Assembly (NCBI GenBank): GCA_964106915.2
Contig: OZ066916.1
From: Podarcis gaigeae
Taxonomy: Eukaryota
Strand: one strand, 5' to 3'
DNA: 64,000 nucleotides
The notes beneath the pieces were generated by a model that was not told the origin of the DNA, made no database searches, and saw nothing but the letters and a program-made list of their open reading frames with translations. How positions within the stretch are numbered: position 1 is the first letter of the stretch; every line of letters begins with the position of its first letter. Positions 51,951-64,000 of this stretch are shown here, piece by piece. Position numbers and translations under genes: made by a program.

Positions 51951-52679
51951 ACCAAACTCAGTTGAAAATTATTTTGTTTTCAGTGTCCATCTAGCTGTAT
52001 AACATGCAGCAATCTAAAAGACTTAGAGTGTATAAGATGTGTGTTAAAGGAAAGCTTTGCTGCCTTTAAAAAATATATGTATTGATGTTAGGATTGTGGC
52101 TTTATATAAAAAGAGTTCAGTTGTTTTAAAGATTCTTCATTATTGTTTTATAAATATTTTTATGTGCAATGGGATATTCACATCTAATGGTGGTCATTCA
52201 GAAACCCAGAATATAGCAACTGCCCTCCTAGAGTGGAAATGAGCATCAAAAATTCATTACACCAGTCACTTCTGTGACAGCAACGCTGGCTGCTTGTAGT
52301 CCTCTGAGTACAATTCAAGGCTGTGGCCTCTGGATTTATGCAAGTGACCGTTTCCTCTCCTTCATGACTGGGTGAAAAGCAAGCTTGAGGGTTCCATTTG
52401 AGATTCATGGTTGTGTAAATATGCACACTGAGGTTTGTGAATCGTTAGGGCTCCCCAGTTCCACAAATGCTTTTTCTTCAGAAGAAATAAACACATGAGT
52501 GGCACTTTTCTTTTCTTCTTAAACTCAGGCATAGATGCCCAAGTACAAAAACATTTATATTCTGCCTTTCCAAATAAAAACTCTTTCGGGGTGGCTTACA
52601 TATTATAACCATACAACAGAATAAAATAGGCCTTCCCTGATTTGATAGCACTGACAAAATGATACACAGAGGTATAGCC

Positions 52680-52935
52680 CATGGGTAGGCAAAGTAAGAC
52701 CCAGGGGCCGGATGCAGCCCAATCACCTTCTCAATCCAGCCCGTGGATGGTCTGGGAATCAGCATGTTTTTACATGAGTAGAATGTGTGTTTTTATTTAA
52801 AATGCATCTCTAGGTTATTTGTGGGGCATAGGAATTTGTTCATTATTATTCTTCAAAATATAGTCCGAGCCCCCCACAAGGTCTGAGGGACGGTGGACTG
52901 GCCCACAGCTGAAAAAGTTTGCCCATCAAACCATG
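52680..52935. mobile_element. hAT (Charlie-like) MITE
   Basis: Homologous to 39299-39551. Confidence 0.85.
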
Positions 52936-53512
52936 GTGTTTCACATATGCAGACTTGCTTTTCAAGTAGCTAAATTTGTATCGAGGTTGCAACAGACAGG
53001 GTGGTGAGTGGCTGAGGAAACCTTCAAACATTTTGCAGGGGTTATACTTCTTTAAAAAAAAAGCTCAAAAGCAGTTTTGTCATCTCTTTATTACTATAAT
53101 TTTGTTAACACGGGGAGACTGCTTTCAAATCAAAACTACAAATTAGGGACCAATTATGAAATCGGCACCAGCGTTCTGATAAAACCTCGAAAGCAAATCA
53201 GAATACATTCTTCTGGAAGAAATGACTAAACATTTACCAACTTACTCCTCATGTTAAGTGTATCCTCCAGGGATTGTCTAGTGTATCAGCTAATTAAACA
53301 CAAGCTATCCTGTAGAGCTTCTTGAATTCTTGATTGCTTAGGGGCTTCTCTGTCTTGAGGACTGAGGCCAACATTCCTCACATTTAGACTACTTCACAAA
53401 CTACATGGGATGCATTAATTTCTTTTACATGCTGCATTCATGTTTAACGTCAGTTAATTTTCTGGAGCCATTTCAAACCTTTACAGTTGGTTCTGAGGTA
53501 AACAACTAAGGA

Positions 53513-53527
53513 AGTGAGTGAGTGAGT

Positions 53528-53558
<31 letters not shown>
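53513..53558. repeat. (GTGA)n(GA)n microsatellite
   Basis: Direct inspection. Confidence 0.9.
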
Positions 53559-53562
<4 letters not shown>

Positions 53563-54128
53563 AGTCGTCCCCCACCCCACCCTACTTACAGCCTATGAAA
53601 CACAGATTTTGCTGGAGCATGAAGCTAACCTTCCTTGTTTTCAGGCACGTCAATGATGAGATGTTTATAGTTCGCATCTGGATGTCATTATCATGCACAA
53701 GCCATCTATCCAATGACCTCAAAGTATAACCAAGATCCACAAACGCTATTAAAAATTACATGTGGTAGTCCTCCAAATCCACAGGATTGCTGTGCAGCCT
53801 GTAAATTTCAGGCTAAAGGTTTTTAAGTACATAGTTTGTCAATTGAAGAGTTGTGTACATTCCCATCTCCCAACCCAATGACTTCCAAGCAACATCAATG
53901 TCCTTCCCCTCAGTCCTATCAACATTTATAAAATAAAAATAGCACACCAACCACCCTGTTCACAATCTGGTCAGAATTCAGACTGGACATTCTGAATTTT
54001 AACAACTCTGACTCTTTAAGGTATCCAATTGGCTTTCCTCCACAGGCAAAAGGCATCTGGCAGCAGATCAAAAGCAGGGAATTTTCAGCAATTCCCCCTC
54101 CCAGCTATAATCCTTCAAATCCCCTTTG

Positions 54129-54259
54129 GTGGTTCTCAACCTGTGGGTCCCCAGATGTTGTTGAACTCCCATCACCCCTGAGCTCTGGCCTTGCTAGCTA
54201 GGGGTGATGGAAGTTGTAGTCCCAAAACATCTGGGGACCCACAGGTTGAGAAAGGCTGC
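54129..54259. mobile_element. Short palindromic hAT-like MITE
   Basis: TTCTCAACCTGTGGGTCCCCAGATGTT .. AACATCTGGGGACCCACAGGTTGAGAA perfect inverted arms. Degenerate relatives at ~26940-27030, 29570-29635 and 37825-37965. Confidence 0.85.
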
Positions 54260-55049
54260 GGCCTAACTCTCCTGTGCAGATCTGGGGGCACAATAGACAC
54301 TGGGGTGTGTGAGAGAATCCTCCAAAACTGCCTTCCTCCTAGTCTAGGGATGTCTTCTGTCCGCAGGAAGACATAAACTGGATGCCACCCACAGGAGAAA
54401 TTATTTTGAAACAAATTAGTCCTGATAGTTTGGGAAGCACTATCCCTTTTTCAGTGCACTTTTCTCCTCTTACAAATGAGATTCAACACAATTGGACTGG
54501 AAACCAGGTATCACATGAATGGCTGAAGAATGAATTACTCTGCCATTGTGTCACAGCTCTGACAACGCACAAGGGAATGTTTATGTGATCATATTCTTCT
54601 TCTAGCAAACCAGGCTGCTGCTCCCTGGGGAGGGAGCAATTTCATACATTCTAAAGCGACCAGTGTGAGGTACACTAAAAAAAACAGGGCTCTGGCCAAC
54701 TGTAGATCTCTGTTTTTTGTTTAAAAATGAGGTTTGTGGTTATTTTGCATGTTTTTAATAAAGATGTATTTCATTTGTTGTAAATCACCCTATTATTTTT
54801 TAATCTGTTACATTTTAGCTACACACTTAAAAACCTCTTGGATACAGACACAGAAATGTAACATTGAGAGGCCCTGAAGTTGCTTTTGGTAAAATAATGT
54901 ACACAAACGCATGGGCAATATTATGGATAATTCATTTATATTCTGCTTTTTTCCTCAAGGAGCTCAAGGTAGCCTAACTGGTTATCCCCCCCCCCCCCCA
55001 AAAAAAAAATTATCCTCACAACAATCCCTGGACGTAGGTTAGGTTAAAT

Positions 55050-55349
55050 CATGGGTAGGCAAATTAAGGCCCAGGGGCCGGATGCGGCACAATCGCCTTC
55101 TCAATCCAGCCCACAGATGGTCTGGCAATCAGCGTGTTTTTACATGAGTAGCATGTGCCCTTTTATTTAAAATGCACCTCTGCGTTATTTGTGGGCCTGC
55201 CTGGTGTTTTTACATGAGTAGAATGTGTGCTTTTATTTAAAATAAATCTTTGCGTTATTTGTGGGGCATAGGAATTTGTTCATATATTTTTTTCAAAATA
55301 TAGTCTGCCCCCCCCCACAAGGTCTGAGGGACAGTGGACTAGCCCCCTG
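55050..55349. mobile_element. hAT (Charlie-like) MITE with internal duplication, nested in a MIR-like SINE (~54935-55440)
   Basis: Homologous to 39299; ~60-bp segment duplicated (55133-55195, 55204-55264); flanks rejoin as a MIR-like SINE. Confidence 0.8.
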
Positions 55350-56732
55350 CTAAGAGATATTGACTAGCAGAGTTGAGATTTGAACCTGGGTCTCCCAAAT
55401 CTTAAACTCATATCTTCTCTATCAGCCACCATTAGCTAGTGTATACAGATTATGCTGAAAATCACTGTCTAAGAAATTTCCAAACATGTTCCAAGGTGCA
55501 TATTTTTCTTAATGATGTTAAGCACCATTCAATTAAGGAAACAGTTATTTAGTTTGCTCAGCAAACGTACTTCAGTGGCTGTTTCCATAGCAAAATCCAT
55601 CGCTGAGTCACAATTTTGCCTTTGTTTGGATAGTTTCTTAATTGTTTAAAAATACTGCATGTACACCAAGGCATTTATTTTATAATGGAAACAAAAATCA
55701 ACTGAACCCAGCACAATCTATATGTGCTGTTGTGATCCAATGGGTCAATAGACGCAAATTGAGGACAGAGAAGTGTGGTTCCAATTATAATGTCTTCCAA
55801 CAGCTTCTGATAAATTACTCCTTTTAAGGAATACAATCAACATTTTTTGAAAAATGTGTATGGCCATTAATTGCAATGCTTGACTCTTCAAGTGACATGG
55901 CTTTATAGAATTCAAATTAATTTCAAAAACAATACACACAAGTATCCAAACCCTCTCTTCAAGCTGATTGGTTAAGTAAGGATGAAAAAACCTGCCTTGG
56001 GTTTTAAAAAATAAAAATAAAATGCAATTTTAAAAATTAACTCTTTCACTGGAATACATTAAATACACTGCTTAAAAGCAGTGTTAGAAATTCAGATATG
56101 AGTGAATCATCAAATATTTCCTTAAAACTAAATTGAGGTCACCACAATGGAATATCCAGTTGTGATTTTCCCCTCAATCATATTATTATTATTATTAATT
56201 TCATTTCTATATTGCTTTATATTTTAAAGAAAAAAAGTGATTTACAACACTTTAAAATCAACATCAAATCAAACAATCCAGAATAAAACAAATTCAAGCT
56301 TTAAGGAAAGTATTTCAGATCATTCTCTAAGTGATATTTTGCATTTCCCATATTTATTTACCTACTTGATTTAAATAGCTAGCCCATAGCAGAAGTAATC
56401 CAGAAAGCCAGTATGGTTGTACTTGTTAGATTTAGAACCCACCTCTTTCCATACACACCACCCTGGTCACTTAGCTATGGATGAAGATCTGTTGATAGTG
56501 CCACAAGGCAAAGCAAGTTGTGAACTTGAGCCTGTGCTTTTAGTGCCGTGCTCCCAATTGCCTAGAAGTCTCTTCCCTTAGAAGTAAAGCAAGATGCAAC
56601 ATTGTTATGTTTTCAGTGTTTGCTGAAAACCATTATTTTCTCCCAAAGCTCTCCAAATTACTCCTTCATTTCTCCTGGGGTTAATCTTTGTTGGTTTTTA
56701 AAACACATTAATGATCCCTATTATATTTAATA

Positions 56733-56959
56733 CAGTGGTACCTTGGTTCTCGAACGTCTCCATTGATGAACATTTCGGAACCCGAACACCAAAAACCCGG
56801 AAGTAAATGCTTCCATTTTCAAATGCACCTTGGAAATTGAACAGCTTCTGCTGCATGTTTTTCAATTTTCTCAATTGAATTTGCAGACAGCCCTTTGGTT
56901 TTTGAACGTTTCAGAATGGTCTTCCACAATGGATACATTCAAGAACCGAGGTACCACTG
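56733..56959. mobile_element. Tc1/mariner MITE, family C
   Basis: TA|CAGTGGTACCTTGGTTCT..AGAACCGAGGTACCACTG|TA. Confidence 0.85.
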
Positions 56960-57540
56960 TATTCTATTTCTGTTTTCACTTTCTGCACTGGTTTATTGTT
57001 AGTTTTTTATTGTGGGCTGTAAACAGCTTTTTGGAGGAAGTTCCTCAAAAAGTAGGCAAAAAATTATGACTAAATAAATGTTGGGTCATTTTCCCCCTCC
57101 CCAGCATCTCTCCAATGACCAAACCCACACTGTTCAGAAGAGATGCTCAGGTCTCCAGAGGTGCTTTTGGTGAGGATTTTTTTTTTGGGGGGGGGGGGGA
57201 GCTAGGAGAAAAGGATTCAGGAGTATCCTGGTGAAAACTTCCTTCTGTTTAGGACCCAAACACTGCATTTTGTAGAGAACACTGATTATCTTAAGTAGTT
57301 TGGGCCACCAGTTTTTAACACCATATCTTATATTTACATTTTTGTTATCTGTGTTCTCAGGTGTTGTGAAATACTTAGACAAAAGATAAGCTGTGAAGGA
57401 GGCTCATTAGCTGAATGCAGCGCCCTTCAGTTGAGACAAGTTAATTCAACAATAATGACCATTAAGCCATAAGCCTGTTTCCACCATAGTTGTGAGAAGT
57501 GGCACTTAACTCTTCATTTCCAGTTTTGTACCTGATTTAA

Positions 57541-57851
57541 GGGACGCGGGTGGCGCTGTGGGTTAATCCATAGAGCCTAGGGCTTGCCAATCAGAAGGTT
57601 GGCGGTTCAAATCCCTGCGATGGGGTGAGCTTCTGTTGCTCGGTCCCTGCTCCTGCCAACCTAGCAGTTCGAAACCACATCAAAGTGCAAGTAGATAAAT
57701 AGGTACCACTCTGGTGGGAAGGTAAATGGCATTTCTGTGCGCTGCTCTGGTTCACCAGAAGCGGCTTTGTCATGCTGGCCACATGACCCAGAAAATGAGC
57801 GCCGCAACCCCAGAGTCGTCCATGACTGGACTTAACTGTCAGGGGTCCCTG
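57541..57851 (+). mobile_element. Sauria SINE
   Basis: GGGACGCGGGTGGCGCTGTGG head, GGTTCAAATCC box B; 10-bp TSD CCTGATTTAA. Confidence 0.92.
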
Positions 57852-59010
57852 CCTGATTTAAAGGTGTTGTGACCCAGGGATAAACAATAATGTTAGTACG
57901 TCCTGCCCCTGCTACTGAGTTTCAATCAAAGAAACAACATTCTTTATGTTACTCAAGCTTACAAAATCAGCACTGATGTCAATTTGCAGAAGTTTTGTGT
58001 TTCTGGAAGCATATATGAAGCAAAACCAAATCTTCTTGCTTTAGAAATCTGCACTTGTCTCTAAAACATAAGGCTTTGAGCCTCTTGAGCTGGATCATAT
58101 TGTTTCAACTTACACTCACTTTTCCCAGAAACGTTTTAAAAAACCATAAATCAGTTTTCGGTATAGTTGTCAAAATTCCACAAGCCCCATTTGTGTCTGG
58201 TTAGCTTTAGGATTTGCTGACTTTTGAAAACACTGCAAGATACCCTTGATATCAAAATCATACCGTACATCATTATTCATTATTGGTACAGTGGGGAGTG
58301 TTCTATTACACAGCTGGTAAGAAAGTGTACAAATTATAGAATTATTCCTTTGCAAGTTCTCTGCTACTGTGACTAATTACACAACGTTTTAACAGTTAAA
58401 AACAGCACAATTTATTATCTGGACAACATTACTTTGTGACTTACAAAAATAAATAAAGACTTTGTGAGCAAGTGCCTAAACTTTTGCTGATTTCGACAAA
58501 GCTGGAACTGCACCCATAACTGTGAATTCGTCGTTTAAACACTTCTTGTGGATGTTCGTTTCACTGTCTCTGATTTGAAACACCCAAGAATATCCTCTGG
58601 AGAATTCCTGTCTCTGGAGTGTTGCAGCCAAATGTAATAATAATAAAAAAGAGAAGTATGTTACAGAGAAGCAGTGTTCACCTTTCGCTCATAACAAGGA
58701 GGCACTTATTAACTGCTGCCTGCCCTCTGACTCCCATTGGAACACACACATATTGTGGACCACTTGCTAACACAGCAAAGAAAGTGATCATCATACATAA
58801 CATGAGCTCAAGAGCTGGGTGATATTCACCTGTGTGCTGTGCAGAAAGTTGGCAGGATGAGGAAAAGACCCCGAAAGAAACGGCATCAAGTGATAGAGGC
58901 AAAGAATTGCTCAGCAGATTTGTCTATATTCTCACAAAGTATAAAGGAAGCACTTAGTAATGTCTCCACTGTATATGAAAGACTGATAATATATTTATTT
59001 ATATCCCATG

Positions 59011-59157
59011 CACAGGAACCAAGTCCCAATAAAATATTTGAGGGGGCTGGATCTCCCCACAAAGTGGTGTGCATGCTCTGCGTTATGTGATCAATTATGC
59101 GGAATTGGGCTCACCTGCCAGTCCCCCCCCCAAATGTTATCCAAGTTCTCACCCCTG
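59011..59157. mobile_element. hAT-like MITE nested in a MIR-like SINE (~58995-59310)
   Basis: 8-bp TSD ATCCCATG/ATCCCATA; CA..CCCCTG ends. Confidence 0.65.
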
Positions 59158-59432
59158 ATCCCATATTTCACCAGGCAGCTTCCATGGTTCTCCCCTTCAA
59201 CATTTAATCCTTAGAACAGCCCCATGATGAAGGGTTAGGCTAAGAGACAGTGACTGGCCCAAGGTCACTTCACAGCTGGGTGGGGATTTAAACCCAGATC
59301 TATCAGATCCAAGTAAAAGAAGAGTCATGCCCACTTACTTCCGACCTTGCGCTATTTCCCCCCACTCCTCCACAGAATGAGGCACTATCATCAGCCTTCA
59401 GCCCCCAAACCTGCCAGTACCTTATTCAGCAT

Positions 59433-59805
59433 CGAATCAGAATTGTGGAGTTGAAAGAGACTCCAAGGGTCATCTAGTCCAAGCCCCTGAAATGCAGGAA
59501 TCACAGCTAAAGAATCCGATAGATGACCACCCAACCCTCTGCTTAAAAACCTCCAATGAAGGCAAGTCCACCACCTTCCAAGGGAGTCCATTCCACTACT
59601 GGACTGCTCTTACCATAAGGAAGTTCTTCCTACTGTTTAGTCAGAATTTCATTTCTTGTAATTTGGACCCTTAGGGTTGGGTGGTTCCCTCTGGAACAGC
59701 AGAAAACAAGCTTGCTCCATCTTCCATGTGACAGCCCTTCAGATATTTGAAGATGGCTATCATATCTCCTCTCAGTCTCCTCTTCTCCAGGCTTAATATA
59801 TCCAA
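59433..59805 (-). mobile_element. CR1 LINE 3' end
   Basis: Minus strand encodes RRLRGDMIAIFKYLKGCH..GASLFSA, followed by the GGACTAGATGACC hairpin tail. Confidence 0.85.
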
Positions 59806-60559
59806 TGTCCTGCTCTTCTACCTCTTCACCCCATCTATAGAAGGCTTTTCATTCTAAACACTTGATGGAAGTTATCAGAAAGCCACTTGGGCAGAGAGCC
59901 ATTTTCAGAGAGATTTGTGGACCATATTTAGGTCTGATGTCAACACAGTGCGCTGCATAATCCACTGTAAAAATCAACACTAGCTTAACGTACATCGAGC
60001 TGCACTGACAACTGATTCAAGAAATAAACTAGAGACTACAATAAAAATTTCAATTAACATGCTGGTGATGCACATCAATGAGATAGTGAAGTCGCAGCTA
60101 GTAGGCTAAGATTATTAAAGATGTTAATTAAATGGTGATCAAGACAGTCAGCATTTACACTGTATCTGATAATTTTAACACAGAACAGTAGACAGGAATT
60201 ACAATGAACTTTATATAATCAGGCAAAAGGAGATACGGAAACCAATTATGATGTAAAAGTTGGGTGACAAATGTGTGCAATAGTATTACGTAGTATTAAT
60301 AAAGTATCGTAATATTTCTTCTCTGCATATGTGAAAAGTGGTATATAAATCACTTTATAAATAAATAAAAGCTATTATTGTCCTTTATTTCAGGAAAGAA
60401 ACCATACTTCTGTAAATTTGCTATGCCCGAGATTTCTCTATAGAAGACCTTTGAACACAGCATATTGAAGGAAGTGTTAGCCAAGCTGAAAATTCACAGA
60501 AGTCTAGAGGATCACTGAGGATTCAATGATTACTGAAAAGAAACTACTTTTGGACTATT

Positions 60560-60762
60560 CATGGCTGTGAATGTGGTGTAATGTGGGAGAGGTTTAAATC
60601 GCAGCTAAACCACGAAACACACTGAGTGATCTTGGCCAGCCACCCTCTCTCACAACGACCTACCTCACAGGTCAGGTTTGTTGTGAGGATAACATGGGGA
60701 GGAGGGAACCATGTACACCACCAAGTTTCCTCGGGGAAAGATGAAATACTAATGTAATAAAT
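60560..60762 (+). mobile_element. MIR-like CORE SINE (old)
   Basis: gtgatcttggcc..cctacctcacagg..ttgttgtgaggataa core. Confidence 0.6.
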
Positions 60763-63366
60763 GCAGTCTGTGGCTGCTTCCTTTCAACTTAAGAGCACAA
60801 GCATGTATATGATGGACAGGTGCTCCAGCTCGATCACCACAAAGTTGAAGGAGGAGCTTAAACGCACCTTAAACACACCACTTTAAGACTGTTAGGATAT
60901 AACTTGTTCATTTATTTATTTTATTTAGGAAATTTATATATTGCTTAACATATTTCTGACAAAATATCTAAGTGGTGATCATGCGTCAAGACAATTCACA
61001 GACCACCTGGCTGCGTTTCATACCTGCACCACTGCAGGTTATCTGCGAAGAAGGATCCTTATCTTAGTTTCTTTCCTAGTAAAGTTCCAGGATACTGATG
61101 CAGCCCTTAGGCGATTATTCTACATTTTAAGCCATGAAGTAATTCAGAAGTGTCGAATACACAGTTATTACTTCCTCCCTTGGGGAGGGGAGCAGGGAGA
61201 GGGGAGAAGAGACTACTATGAAGCAGCATAAGCAGGTTTTTGGCAGCAAGAGTCACACAGAGAGACCACAGATTTAACAGCATCAGGAGTCAGATTGTGA
61301 CAACCAAACCACACATTTGAACTTGCTATGGCAAGACACAGGCATAAAGACAAAGTGCTTTTGTGTAGGAGGTGTGTGCAACATGTAAACAGATGTGAAA
61401 CCCAGCCCCACTTCATTTGCTTTCCATGCCCAAGGGCACAAGAAGCAGAAAAGTTTTGATTTCTAAGGAAGACAGATCAGATGCTCTGAAAACATGGACA
61501 AGATGTGTATCAAACACCCACACTTTTCATTTGCATTTGTGAAATGTATCACCCACAATAAAAATAGACTTCCAACTTGGGCAAATAGGGACAGTTCTAA
61601 TCCCGGAAGTCTTCCAACCCAAAACATTCAATCAATTTACAAAAAGTCCTGCTAAAATAGAGGAGGGAGGGCAGAAAAAAATAAGACTGCCTTTGAAAGC
61701 TGAGCTTGTAATAGCTTTTTGCATAAAATATATCCCTTTCAAGACCAGTCTTTTACAGCACAACCCAGTCAGAAGTAATCCCATGGATTTATTTCCACAT
61801 AAATGTGTGCAAAGTATTGCACCCTTAAAGTTGCTGCTCCTCTCTAAAGCTAACAATGCACACAGCAGAAATGGATTAGGACATCCTGCTTGCCTGCATG
61901 CAGATCAAACATCGCTGGTGACAACCGAAAGGGTCCAAAGAAATGTAGACAATAAAACTGATTCTAACTTGGGAGCTATTTGCATCGCTTTCGCTACAGG
62001 CTGAACAGTAGCTTTCTCCCTGGAAGCCGAAGGAAATGGTTAAAGGCAGCCCTTCCTCTCGGATGTGTCTGCGCGTCCTTTGAACTGGGTAAGCAGGTTT
62101 GTTGGGACTTTCTGCATTTCGCTTTGTTGCTGTCAACTTGCTTTTTTTCCAGTTCTGCAAAAACCTTCAGATGACTTCCCAAGGCCCTTAATCACCACCT
62201 TTCCAGAAACAAAGCCTCGGCTAGAAAAAGCGTAAAAGGCGCTTGCAACACACAAAGTTATTTACGTCCGGGCAGTGGAGTCTGCGCGTCCCCAGCAGTT
62301 CCGGCCAGGTACAGTCTCTGCCTGCCTGATTAGGCAGCCAGGATCGGCCCCGCTGCCAAAAGTTAGCCCGACACAAAAGTCAACAGAAGAAAGGAGGGCT
62401 CGGCCTGTCGCTGCTGGGCGCAGCTTGTTTGCTTTCGGAAACCCGGAGAGCAGCTGTAATGCATTAACTCTTTCACGACTGCTTTCCCTCTCCTTGGAAA
62501 GGGGAAGGGTCTGCTGGGGTGGGAGGGGGCAAAGAACAGAAACAAGGCGAATCGGTTATAAGCCGGGAAACTATACCTGCCCTCTCTCCCACCCCCCGCC
62601 GCGATTCAGAGGCTGGTGAACTTTTCACCCATAAACCGACTGGCTTCTTTCCACCTTAGGCAGAAAGTAGCAGCCGACTCCCAATTTGGGAGAAACTTAA
62701 AAAGGTAAAAGTCGTCTGAAGGTGGTTGCTTTTCGCTCCATCCTTGTGCAGAAAACTGTACGCAGAAGGCGAAAGGAAAACACGTTCTCTTCCCCTATTA
62801 ACAAAGAAGAGAAAGGGCAGAGAAGGTTCCACAATGGAAGCTCAGCCAACGCTGTGCAAACGCTACCTGGGAAACTGACCAGAAGAGAGGCCGAGGGGGG
62901 AGGCGAGGATTAGCGTGAGAAGCTCGAAGTGTGCAGCTTGGAAGTCTCGTTTTAATAGCTCCCCACCCCACCCGGTCTGCCTTGAAGGTGCAAAACTAGA
63001 GCTATTTTGCACAAAGGGCACCCCTACTGTCGTCTGTCACTCATCGTGAAGCGGGAAAAGAGGGGCTTTCCCCATATTTTACTGGGGGGGGGGGCGCGCG
63101 CAAGAACAGCGGTTCCAAACGTTCCAAAAGCAAATCAGACCATGTCCCAACATTCCAAAGCGGAACGTTCCTGGGCTCCTTCTCCAGAGGGTCTCGCCGA
63201 CTGAGGAAGGGGACTGGTCCACGTTCTCCTTTGGGAAAGCTGCGCTCAAGCGGGCTCTCCAGAGAAAGAAGCCACCGGGTCGGTGGGACCTTGCTCGAGC
63301 GCAACCTCCTCCTCCTCCTCGGTCTCTCTCTTCCCCTCCAAACCCCGACGCGAGTCAAAAAAAGGT

Positions 63367-63392
63367 ACACACACACACACACACACACACAC
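63367..63392. repeat. (CA)n microsatellite ~90 nt into PTPRK intron 1
   Basis: Direct inspection. Confidence 0.95.
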
Positions 63393-63480
63393 AAGCCTGA
63401 GCGGGAGAAGCCTCGGAGAGGCGGTCCTCCTCCCTCGTAGAAGAAGAAACAGGACGCCTTCCCGCGAGGTAGCCGCTTAC

Positions 63481-63583
63481 CTGCCGAGAACTGCCCACGG
63501 GCCACTCCGAGCAGGGCAGCCGAGGGGGCGACGAGGGAGGCGAGCGCCGCCAGCAAGCCAACGGCTCCAACCGCCGGGGCCAT
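63481..63583 (-). CDS. PTPRK: Receptor-type tyrosine-protein phosphatase kappa, coding exon 1 (signal peptide)
   Basis: ATG in a strong Kozak context (GTCAGCATGG) gives MAPAVGAVGLLAALASLVAPSAALLGVARGQFSA+G (103 nt, phase 1), then a GTAAG donor at 63480. The hydrophobic signal peptide ending ..GQFSAG matches the known PTPRK exon-1 end (human ..GSAQGQFSAG) and differs from PTPRM/T/U. It lies in a CpG island. Confidence 0.9.
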
Positions 63584-64000
63584 GCTGACTTTGGAGAACT
63601 TTTGCGAGGAGTCTCGCACTCAACTCGGGCGCTCTCTCCCGAAGCCGCGAGGAAAGCTCGTCTTCCTGGCCAGTCCGGATCCTCCTGTTGCCTGGATGAA
63701 ACGGGGGCGGGGGCGGGGGGAGACGGAGAGCCCGGAACAGCAACAGGGTCGCCTTTCTCTTCCGCGGCGTCTGCGCCAGAGTGCTCCCTCCCCGCCTTCC
63801 AGGGGCAATCCTCAGCCAGGCGCGCCTGCACTTGGCGTCGGCGGCTGCACTTAGTCCACGAGAGTTACTTTGCCGATCGGCGAGTGGCGAAGGGAGGAGC
63901 CGAGCGCGCGCGTCCAACCCTCCGGTTCTCAGCGCTTCGGCAGAGGGAATGAGAGACTCATTTCGGCCGGGAGCCCATAGCCCAGCGGAGAGGGGCCCGC

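Larger units (their letters stand above)
1..63480 (-). other. PTPRK intron 1 (continues beyond the window)
   Basis: Starts at the GT donor (63480). No exon encoding the expected MAM-domain start (GCTFDDGPGACDY..) was seen by eye. PTPRK is known to have a very long first intron. Confidence 0.7.
62200..64000 (-). promoter_or_regulatory. CpG island with PTPRK 5'UTR/promoter and start of intron 1
   Basis: Sharp rise in GC and CpG content versus the AT-rich remainder. Tandem GC boxes (GGGGCGGGGGCGGGGG) at ~63703-63720. No minus-strand ATG between 63584 and ~63958. Confidence 0.85.

Noticed and set aside
1-62200. PTPRK exon 2 or other host exons among the 60-150-aa ORFs
   Set aside because: No MAM-domain or other recognisable host peptide was seen. 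The ORFs mostly overlap repeats or use non-ATG starts. Small exons could have been missed by eye.
63041-63619. 192-aa ORF as a full protein
   Set aside because: Only 63583-63481 is coding. The track start is a non-ATG codon, and the rest reads through the GTAAG donor into intron and microsatellite.

Overview
Vertebrate genomic DNA, most likely a squamate and probably a lacertid lizard (inferred from Sauria-type SINEs, BovB, and L2, CR1 and Penelope elements). The only host gene I can support is PTPRK on the minus strand. Its CpG island, 5'UTR and signal-peptide exon 1 (63481-63583, ending GQFSA|G with a GTAAG donor) are at the right end. The remaining ~63 kb appears to be intron 1, and I did not find exon 2. 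The intron contains many transposons: a young 5'-truncated Penelope/Poseidon-type element (RT + GIY-YIG) with perfect 90-bp inverted pLTRs, each carrying a minimal hammerhead ribozyme core; a highly structured solo LTR with an ENE-like U-rich internal loop; an L1 5'UTR-only insertion with an 18-bp TSD; L2, BovB and CR1 3' fragments; SINEs; Tc1/mariner, hAT and Harbinger-like MITEs; and microsatellites. Almost all short ORFs in the supplied track are spurious. Family names come from motif recognition only, with no database search.
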